A model generated the notes under the pieces. It was not told the DNA's origin, ran no database searches, and worked only from the letters and a program-made list of their open reading frames with translations. A program made the position numbers and the translations under genes. Positions 1-6,398 of a DNA stretch of 64,000 nucleotides are shown one piece after another. The stretch spans positions 275 to 64,274 of the forward strand of contig JAZQFX010000029.1 of NCBI GenBank assembly GCA_045539695.1, in the 5' to 3' direction. Origin of the DNA: Acutalibacteraceae bacterium. GTDB taxonomy: Bacteria > Bacillota > Clostridia > Oscillospirales > Acutalibacteraceae. Numbering within the stretch: the stretch's first letter is position 1; the number at the start of each line of letters is the position of its first letter.

Positions 1-138
1 ATCGGTTCTAATAATGTGTTTACGGCCTATGAGCAGCACGGGTATTTTGCGTTCGCTCACTAATAAACGCAATGTATTTCTTCCGATACCGGTATATTCA
101 GCAGCTTCTTCAATAGTCATTGCAATTTTTTCTACCAT
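1..138 (-). CDS. Excisionase-family (MerR/AlpA-like) helix-turn-helix DNA-binding protein, N-terminal part. The gene runs off the left edge of the window.
   Basis: Own minus-strand translation from the ATG at 138-136 gives MVEKIAMTIEEAAEYTGIGRNTLRLLVSERKIPVLLIGRKHIIRTD, the pattern of small excisionase-type HTH proteins. An AGGAGG lies at 145-150, 6 nt upstream. It is absent from the ORF track because no stop codon falls in the window. Confidence 0.6.
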   Translation of the reverse strand, partial: MVEKIAMTIEEAAEYTGIGRNTLRLLVSERKIPVLLIGRKHIIRTD

Positions 139-154
139 TGGCGACCTCCTTATT

Positions 155-202
155 TTATTTACCTCCATTTCCGCTGGAGGCTGGCCTTGAAACATATAAC
201 AT
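155..202 (-). CDS. Possible 15-codon mini-ORF or leader peptide (MLYVSRPASSGNGGK)
   Basis: An AAGGAG (plus-strand 210-215) lies 7 nt upstream of the ATG at 202-200. The stop lies 16 nt before the HTH gene start. No homology support. Confidence 0.2.
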   Translation of the reverse strand: MLYVSRPASSGNGGK

Positions 203-373
203 ATAAATTCTCCTTACAGACGGTGGCAGGTTGCCACCGCCATTTGCTTCGGGCATTTGAATTGCCCGACCTTTACTTCCTTTGTTTGTCCCCATATATC
301 AATCCTGACAGATTTTCGTCAGCAGGATATTATCATCAATTTAATACATTCCTTCATAATTTTAATTAATAAA

Positions 374-1324
374 TCATTTCTTCGGCTTATCAGCCAAGTA
401 AATTCTTGTTACTTCGGTTCTGTGGTGGCCCAAGTTTTCGCTTACAATCTTCCGAGCTTTCTTTGGGCGCTCTTTTAATGCTTCAGCATAGGTTCTTTGT
501 GCATAGGTGTGTCTTAGACTGTGCCAAGAGATTGTCTCAGTTCTTTTCTTTTTACCGTCTTCACTCAAATCCTCGCGATTTTCTACCATAAAGTATTTTC
601 TGTTATAACTCATCCAATTCTGCAACGAGCGTTTTTCTCGTTGAACGCCGCCCTTTTCGCTACCTGAGATTAAATAATCTCGTGGGTATCTACCTGAACA
701 CCTTGCATAGTTCAAATAACCAGTAATAATACCGCGTTGCTTTGCGCTTAAATCAATAGCCCTTGTCTGACCGCCTTTGCCTTTTATGACGAGCTGACCT
801 GTCTTTAATGCAGACATAAGGTATTCAACTCTCAGCGTGCAGATTTCTTCAAGCCGTAGACCAAATTTACTGGCAAAGTCTATGCAAATGACCGCATCCT
901 GCCGACCTTTTTCGATAGCCCACTGCCGAATATCCGAAATTTCTTTATCTAAAAGCGAATGGTCTTTTACGCCTGTTGCTCGTTTGGGTAGTGCCAACTT
1001 GCTATTAGGGGATAGCCTGTTTTTACTACCGGATTTTCTATGGAAATAACGAATGCCGGATAGATCGGATTGAATAGTTGCAGCAGAGTTGTTTTCTTTT
1101 AGATGCTCCACATAGGCTTTAAAGTGTCGGTCTTCAACGTTTTTAAAGTTTTGTAGCCGAAAATTATCGGCTAAGAACTTACAGAACCTTTTTGTTGCTT
1201 CAAAGTACCGAGCCCTTGTTTTATAACTTAATTCATTGCTGTGCCTATAGATAGACTCAACTTGAGCAAGTAGGTTTTTATACAAACCCGGATTTAGCAC
1301 TGTAATATTATTAGAATCTGACAT
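374..1324 (-). CDS. Tyrosine recombinase / phage-type integrase
   Basis: The C-terminal catalytic signature is present: WHSLRHTYAQRTY (HxxR) and LGHHRTEVTRIYL (His and Tyr). The N-terminal region is SAM-like. The start was moved to MSDSNN (1324), which has a GGAGA-type RBS, because the track start at 1378 has none. Confidence 0.85.
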   Translation of the reverse strand: MSDSNNITVLNPGLYKNLLAQVESIYRHSNELSYKTRARYFEATKRFCKFLADNFRLQNFKNVEDRHFKAYVEHLKENNSAATIQSDLSGIRYFHRKSGSKNRLSPNSKLALPKRATGVKDHSLLDKEISDIRQWAIEKGRQDAVICIDFASKFGLRLEEICTLRVEYLMSALKTGQLVIKGKGGQTRAIDLSAKQRGIITGYLNYARCSGRYPRDYLISGSEKGGVQREKRSLQNWMSYNRKYFMVENREDLSEDGKKKRTETISWHSLRHTYAQRTYAEALKERPKKARKIVSENLGHHRTEVTRIYLADKPKK

Positions 1325-1394
1325 AGCAAACCGTCTCCTTTCTTCAAAAATATATTTCAACACAAGGATAGGGACCAAGCCTTGCGTAAAAAAC

Positions 1395-1481
1395 TGTGTA
1401 CGAAAATAGTAAAAAATGCAGTATTTTCGTCAATAAAATATTCGGGGTTCTCCTGACGAAAATAATTTTGTGTACGAAAAT
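1395..1481. repeat. Two exact 13-nt direct repeats TGTGTACGAAAAT (1395-1407 and 1469-1481) just upstream of the integrase gene. A 9-nt partial copy lies at 1830-1838.
   Basis: Read directly from the sequence. An 8-bp inverted repeat, CGAAAATA (1401-1408) and TATTTTCG (1422-1429), overlaps the first copy. The position is compatible with arm-type recombinase or regulator sites. Confidence 0.35.
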
Positions 1482-1495
1482 TTTTCTGCTCATTT

Positions 1496-2217
1496 GAAAA
1501 TGAAAGTCATACATCATCTCAAACCGTGGAGCATCAAAAATTGCTTTTATAGATTGTGCTGACCTGATATCGAAAAGTAAGTAATCTCAAACGGACGGTC
1601 AGCACAATCCTTTTTTACGGGAAATGAAAGTAATTTCAAAATATCATTTCAAAACTATTATCATCAAGCATATCAAAAAGTAAATCATCAATCATACAAG
1701 AGCCATATTTAATAACATCATAATTACAAATAAATTCATTTTTAAAAGTAATCTAAGATTAATCTATAATTAACCCATATGGCTCTTAAAAGGAAAGTAC
1801 GCAGGGCATAATACACCCACTGTCAAAGGTGTGTACGAGCCTTCATTTCTTACTGATTCTTTTTTGACGCGGGGTATTATGCCCTGCTAATCTCGGCTCT
1901 CCGACTGCGTCTCCGAGCCGTTTCTATCTGACTAAAGTCCAATAGAAACGGCTCGGCTCCCAAAAAGAGAGTCATAAATCATTTCAAAAGGACAGTCATT
2001 TATCATCATAGAAATGATAGTCATAGCACCTGCTTCTTATGTTTTATCGTTATCTTCTTCGGCTTCCTGCAGCTTGTCATTCATTACACGAATGACAACT
2101 TGCAGAGAGCCGAAAAGCTTTAATCTTGTCCAAGTTTATACTAATCGCAGGTGCAACTTGCTCTCGAAAAGTAAATCATATACTCTCGAAGAGATAGTCA
2201 TAAATCATATCGAAAAG
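1496..2217. repeat. About 9 degenerate 22-28 nt A/T-rich direct repeats (iteron-like), consensus roughly RAAAGTCATAAATCATNTCRAAAR
   Basis: The AGTCAT / AGTAA cores sit at 1505, 1576, 1629, 1679, 1970, 1994, 2019, 2170 and 2196. Three copies are contiguous at 24-25 nt spacing (1970-2024) and two at 26 nt spacing (2170-2201). Confidence 0.45.
1552..2112. other. Cluster of five long inverted repeats with unrelated sequences
   Basis: The five repeats are: (1) 13 bp, 1552-1564 / 1597-1609, followed by T6; (2) 11 bp, 1698-1708 / 1777-1787; (3) 14 bp, 1801-1814 / 1874-1887; (4) 15 bp perfect, 1913-1927 / 1942-1956; (5) imperfect 23 bp, 2060-2082 / 2090-2112. Confidence 0.6.
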
Positions 2218-2433
2218 AAAATTCTGTTCTGTTATTCTGCTGTAAAATAAGGTTAGTACTTGGCTTAATCTATTTTCACTTTAACGCAAGATTAATAGAT
2301 TTTCCGTGCGTGTTCTCTTGAAATTCAAGAGTGTAAACAACCTTGTATTGTTTACTGTCGCTACGCCGAGTGCAAGGCATTTCAGCCTGCCGAGACTAAA
2401 CAACTCGTTCGGCGGGGATTTTCATTTAGTTTT

Positions 2434-3100
2434 TTAACTACGATTAAATCCCGGAAACTTCGTATGCAATTCCCATAAGAGACGGAGAATTCCCTTAACG
2501 GACGGTAGCACCACCGCTTGAGCAGTTTTATTTACCGACGAAACTCTCAAACGTCGTGGATTCCATAAATTTTCGTCAATAACATAAGCTGGAATCTCGG
2601 CCTTTGTTATGCACTTATTTTTGTTAATAAACTGCCATAAGTGAAGGCAGGTCGCAGTCGAACAATCCTCGTTTCGTAACGGCTCTGCTATCCGCACATT
2701 TTAATTCACATCACCTTTGTGAAGGGTTTTGCATATCACGGCTTTTCCTACTTACCTTCTTCAAACCACTGCGTGAAAGTGGGTTCTGATTTTTGCGGAA
2801 ATCATAAAACCGAGCAACGTGATAGGTCGATTAAATTTGTTTCGCCTATCTTCCATATATCACCCTGTCCGCTGCCGAAACAGTGATAGCTCTTTAATTC
2901 CGTGTTTCCAATTCTTCAGTCATGCGGATAATCAGCCTTAGAGCATCGGCTGATGAAGTCTATCCCGACTTCAAAGGTTTCTCTGCTAGTGATTCACCGC
3001 CCGTCGCAGAACTCAGACTGTAGCACTCGGCACCAAGGCTCCAAAATGCATTGGTGCAACTAACTTCCTATCACAATTTGCAAATGAATGGCTCTGCCTT
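2434..3100 (-). pseudogene. Decayed CHC2 zinc-finger (primase-like) gene of a mobile element
   Basis: One minus-strand frame reads NTELKSYHCFGSGQGDIWKIGETNLIDL (about 2853-2915). This resembles the primase zinc-finger motif yhCFGCGxgGD, with one Cys lost. An orphan AAGGAGG lies at 3107-3113 with no start codon after it. The reading frame is broken by several stops and frame changes. The region is more GC-rich by eye than its flanks. Confidence 0.35.
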
Positions 3101-3175
3101 TTGAATCCTCCTTTTATGGTTCTTTTTTGCTCCGTCACTTACCGAAGACAAAACATAAAAAGAAGGCAAAAAGAT

Positions 3176-3209
3176 AACAAAAAAGCACCTACCCCGAAAG
3201 GTAAGTGCT
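3176..3209 (-). terminator. Intrinsic terminator
   Basis: The minus strand reads GCACTTACC-TTTCGG-GGTAGGTGC, a 9-bp stem with one G-U pair, followed by TTTTTT. Confidence 0.6.
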
Positions 3210-3414
3210 AACTTGCTGTACTTTTGCCTTTTCCTATACACAGGAGTATAGTTTAGCATAACAAACAAGCACAATTAACCCTTTCGGTACATTGCTATTT
3301 TCGTTATCTTTTTAATACACTCCTGCTTATGGCAGATTTTCACTCGGAAAATCCGTTGCCAGTTACTAGCTGACAAAGAAACGTTTCATTTCGTTTCACC
3401 CTTTTAAATAAACC
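3178..3414 (-). ncRNA. Candidate sRNA or leader transcript of about 235 nt, bounded by a consensus promoter and an intrinsic terminator
   Basis: The only coding potential is a 7-codon ORF (MKRFFVS, 3389-3366). Internal helices include GATTTTC/GAAAATC nested in GGCA/TGCC, and a 10-bp long-range stem CAGGAGTGTA/TATACTCCTG. No known RNA class was recognised. Confidence 0.4.
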
Positions 3415-3420
3415 ATTGTT

Positions 3421-3449
3421 ATTTTAGCATATGTTTATTCAATTGTCAA
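3421..3449 (-). promoter_or_regulatory. Sigma-70 type promoter
   Basis: The minus strand has TTGACA (3449-3444), an exact 17-nt spacer, then TAAAAT (3426-3421). Confidence 0.55.
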
Positions 3450-3712
3450 ATTACGAAAAACGCGATTATTTGTGTTTATTAAATGTTATAGGTTGTTATA
3501 GGACGAAAAAAGCCACTTTTTGCAGTTTGTAAACATTTTGTGAACATTTGAAAAGTCTACCACATCGAAGAAATGCGGTAGAGTTAATGCTATTTAACAA
3601 ACTTTTTCTTTTCTACAGATTTAATATAGTTCTTTTGTAATTCTTGTAGCTTATAGAAGAAAGCAGTTTCGGATTTCGTCAATAAATTGTTTTCTCGCTT
3701 TTGCTTTAATAA

Positions 3713-4270
3713 CTATATCGAACAAATGAAATCTGCAACCTGTAACAAGTGATAGGCTTTCGGTGAAGCATTTTTGAATTCAACTAAAGATAACTTAGAA
3801 TTTAAGATAGCATTCAAAATACAACTCAGTTCGCTTTGTTCGTTATCATAATAAACGGCAATGCGTTCAAATCCATAAAAGAATTCCGAATTTTCGTCAA
3901 TAAAACGAGACAACTGCTTTGCAATATTAGTCGATAGAGAGTGCTTGACCTTACATTCACGCTTGTTAACAATAATGTTGAAGTATTTAATAGGACATCT
4001 CATTGTGAAGCGCAGCATCTTATTTAAAATTTTTCTACGCTCGTCAATTGACAAATTATGATACGGATCTTCTTTGCGAATAATAGGATGGGTATGTATA
4101 TATTGGTCATTGATACTGTCATCTAACAGCCATTGCTTTAATCGAGTAATATTTTCAGTAATATCATCATTTTGATCGTGAAAAACCAAAGTAACTATAT
4201 AAAAAGGCGATTGGTTTACAGTTTGACCGAAATCACCCGATTCATCAATAAAAACACTTAATTCCTTCAT
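3713..4270 (-). CDS. DUF3800 domain protein. The frame continues for 40 codons beyond an in-frame TAG.
   Basis: The N-terminus MKELSVFIDESGDFG carries the DUF3800 DESG motif and the C-terminal region carries LLQVADFICSI (QxAD motif). After the TAG at 3715-3713 the same frame reads LLKQKRENNLLTKSETAFFYKLQELQKNYIKSVEKKKFVK down to 3590. Confidence 0.7.
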   Translation of the reverse strand: MKELSVFIDESGDFGQTVNQSPFYIVTLVFHDQNDDITENITRLKQWLLDDSINDQYIHTHPIIRKEDPYHNLSIDERRKILNKMLRFTMRCPIKYFNIIVNKRECKVKHSLSTNIAKQLSRFIDENSEFFYGFERIAVYYDNEQSELSCILNAILNSKLSLVEFKNASPKAYHLLQVADFICSI

Positions 4271-4286
4271 TTTGAACATCTTAAAT

Positions 4287-4316
4287 AAAAAAGTGGCGAG
4301 GAATATGCTCCCCGCC
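4287..4316 (-). terminator. Intrinsic terminator inside the DUF3800 5' leader. It could equally mark the end of a roughly 95-nt sRNA.
   Basis: The minus strand reads GGCGGGGA-GCATAT-TCCTCGCC, then ACTTTTTT, ending 17 nt before the ATG at 4270. The leader is locally GC-rich. Confidence 0.45.
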
Positions 4317-4380
4317 TGCGATGGCCCCAGAGCTTGCGCCCAAGCCAATGCATTTCGGATACTAGGTATCCTTTTGCACC

Positions 4381-4411
4381 ATTATAATACCACACATTTG
4401 TAAAATGTCAA
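4381..4411 (-). promoter_or_regulatory. Promoter for the DUF3800 leader
   Basis: The minus strand has TTGACA (4411-4406), then TGTGGTATTATAAT. That allows either a 17-nt spacer to ATTATA or a 19-nt spacer to TATAAT, with an upstream TG. Confidence 0.5.
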
Positions 4412-4424
4412 TACCATAACAGCC

Positions 4425-4505
4425 GACAGATATCTGTCAATAGTATTATATGCAGAAAATCTAACTATATTGATTTCGAACACGAAACCGCACCAAATTT
4501 GGTGC
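4425..4505. promoter_or_regulatory. Two perfect palindromes in the divergent control region (candidate operators)
   Basis: GACAGATATCTGTC lies at 4425-4438 and GCACCAAATTTGGTGC at 4490-4505. The second ends 8 nt before the -35 element of the DUF262 operon promoter. Confidence 0.4.
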
Positions 4506-4513
4506 ATTACTTA

Positions 4514-4542
4514 TTGCAAAATAATTGTAGAGATGATATAAT
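4514..4542 (+). promoter_or_regulatory. Sigma-70 type promoter of the DUF262 operon
   Basis: TTGCAA (4514-4519), an exact 17-nt spacer, then TATAAT (4537-4542). Confidence 0.55.
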
Positions 4543-4571
4543 TATACTAAAATCTTAGAGGAGTAATGATA

Positions 4572-6398
4572 ATGTCAGTAATTTCTTTAAAAACAGTTTT
4601 ACCAGATCCAAAAGCCGTCAATAAATCCAACGACGATATATATGAGTATAATTTTTTTATAAAGGATTATCAGAGAGGATACCGATGGGAAGAAAAACAA
4701 ATTACAGATTTATTACAAGATATTTATGATTTTGATGATAACAACAAAAGACTAAAATATTGTTTACAACCACTTGTTGTTAAGCCAATAGATTCAATTA
4801 ATAGTTCTCATAATTTAATAAATATTTTTTCGCCTTCCGATAATTCATTTATTGAGCCAACTAATTGTTGGGAGTTAATCGATGGGCAGCAAAGGTTGAC
4901 TACAATTTGGCTTATTTTAAATTGTTGCGATCCAGATTTCACCCCATATTCTATATATTACGAACATGTAAGAAAGATTGATGATTATTATTTAACAAAC
5001 GCAAAAGAAGTTATTGAAAATTGGTTCAGTTCATATGGCCCATTAGAGAAAGATATAAAATTTGATATTCGTTCAAAAATCAATAGAAGCATTCAGTTTA
5101 TATGGTATCAAGTTGAAAAAGAAAATAACTCCGTTGAAATTTTCACTAAGATTAATATGGGTAAAATCCCGTTAACAAATGCTGAATTATTCAAAGCCTT
5201 ATTGCTGAATACAGACAACATTCCTTTCGAAAAAACGCCTGAACAAATTGGTGAATATGAGCGAGCAAAAAATCAATTAGAAAAAATAGCCTTTGAGTGG
5301 GACTATATAGAGCAATCCTTGAGGGATGATGATTTTTGGTATTTTATCTCCAATGATTACAAAGAATCTGAAACTCGTATTGATTATCTATTAAAATTAA
5401 AAGCAAAACAGTTGAAATCATCCAACGCAATAACCGATGTGATTTATGAAACTGATTCTCTATTCTCTTTTCTCGTTATTAACTCTTATTTAAAAAAGTC
5501 AAGCAGTGCCGATGATTTAGTGGCAAATTTTGAGAATCATATTAAGTTGTGGAAGGATATCGTTAAGCTTCATGATATATTGAAGTCGTGGTATTCCGAT
5601 CTTGACATTTATCATTATGTAGGATTTTTAGTGACACCACACGCCAAGGGTGAGAAATACATTGAAGAATTAATAATAAAGACGCAGGATAAAAAGCAAT
5701 CTGAAATAAAAAATTTAGTTCTACAGGATATAAGGGAACTTTTTAAAGGTGTGCAATTAGAAGAGTTAAGTTATAATAATACCGGCGACTCGAAAAAAAT
5801 AAGAAATGCGCTTCTATTTTTTAACATCTATACAATGATACAAAGTAAAACAGATATCAAGTTTTCCTTCAAAAATTATAAGGACAAAAAAATAAATTGG
5901 GATGTTGAACACATACACGCACGAGCAACAGACCACGAGGTACAACAATTACGCGAAGTCGAAAAAATGAAGGAACTTTTATACAGTGTCAGAAATCAAT
6001 TTGTAGAGTTGAATTATGATAGTGCCGTAAAATCTATTGATAATTATATTAAAAACACTTTAATTGAAAAATTTAAAGATTATGAAGGATTTTTTGAGTT
6101 TTACCGAAATATGATCGCTCTTTGCGGTGATTTCGATGAAAACAGTATAGGTAATTTAGCTTTATTAGATTCCGAAACAAATAGATCATATCACAATGCT
6201 TTGTTTCCTATTAAGAGAAAGAAAATCATCGAAAGAGATATGGGAGAAGTCTTTGTTCCGGTATGTACAAAAAATGTGTTTCTAAAAATGTACTCGAAGA
6301 AAACAGATGATATGATGAGATGGACTAATCAGGATGCTGATGACTATTTGTCAGCCATGAAAAAAGCACTAGTGGAGGATGCAAAAATATGTCTATAG
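4572..6398 (+). CDS. GmrSD-like protein with DUF262 (ParB-like NTPase) N-terminal and DUF1524 (His-Me finger nuclease) C-terminal domains. Putative type IV restriction enzyme.
   Basis: Motifs present are DYQRGYRWEEKQ, IDGQQRLTT, INMGKIPLTNAELFK, NWDVEHIHA and IGNLALLDSETNRSYHN. The start was set at the second ATG because its RBS spacing is better. Confidence 0.8.
   Translation: MSVISLKTVLPDPKAVNKSNDDIYEYNFFIKDYQRGYRWEEKQITDLLQDIYDFDDNNKRLKYCLQPLVVKPIDSINSSHNLINIFSPSDNSFIEPTNCWELIDGQQRLTTIWLILNCCDPDFTPYSIYYEHVRKIDDYYLTNAKEVIENWFSSYGPLEKDIKFDIRSKINRSIQFIWYQVEKENNSVEIFTKINMGKIPLTNAELFKALLLNTDNIPFEKTPEQIGEYERAKNQLEKIAFEWDYIEQSLRDDDFWYFISNDYKESETRIDYLLKLKAKQLKSSNAITDVIYETDSLFSFLVINSYLKKSSSADDLVANFENHIKLWKDIVKLHDILKSWYSDLDIYHYVGFLVTPHAKGEKYIEELIIKTQDKKQSEIKNLVLQDIRELFKGVQLEELSYNNTGDSKKIRNALLFFNIYTMIQSKTDIKFSFKNYKDKKINWDVEHIHARATDHEVQQLREVEKMKELLYSVRNQFVELNYDSAVKSIDNYIKNTLIEKFKDYEGFFEFYRNMIALCGDFDENSIGNLALLDSETNRSYHNALFPIKRKKIIERDMGEVFVPVCTKNVFLKMYSKKTDDMMRWTNQDADDYLSAMKKALVEDAKICL

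Noticed and set aside
1552-2112. An integron-like attC array next to a tyrosine recombinase
   Set aside because: There are no cassettes (ORFs) between the hairpins and no GTTRRRY-type core sites at the stem bases. The integrase shows no obvious IntI-specific insertion, and the host lineage is not one where integrons are expected.
1496-2217. A CRISPR array
   Set aside because: The repeats are degenerate, A/T-rich and irregularly spaced (24 to about 290 nt). There are no uniform spacers and no cas genes in the window.
2014-2250. A 78-aa ORF from the track, considered as a real gene
   Set aside because: It runs straight across the iteron-like repeats and the imperfect 23-bp hairpin. It has no RBS and a low-complexity sequence.
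2250-3110. A large ornate structured ncRNA (ROOL/GOLLD-like) or an ORF-less group II intron. The idea came from the GC-richer, ORF-free sequence with many hairpins, including a UUCG-type loop and a GTGCG pentamer on the minus strand near 2697.
   Set aside because: No domain V-like element (AGC triad, bulge, GNRA loop) could be found. A minus-strand frame gives a recognisable primase zinc-finger remnant (YHCFGSGQGD), so a decayed protein gene explains the composition better. The RNA idea is not fully excluded without a covariance-model scan.
3071-3274. A 67-aa minus-strand ORF from the track
   Set aside because: It spans the intrinsic terminator at 3176-3209 and the orphan RBS region. It has no RBS of its own and a composition-driven sequence.
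3590-3715. Reassignment of TAG as a sense codon (alternative genetic code)
   Set aside because: TAG works as a normal stop elsewhere. The first DUF262 gene ends at 6396-6398 and the DUF2779 gene ends at 15793-15795, both at sensible protein ends. A local nonsense mutation or sequencing error is more parsimonious.
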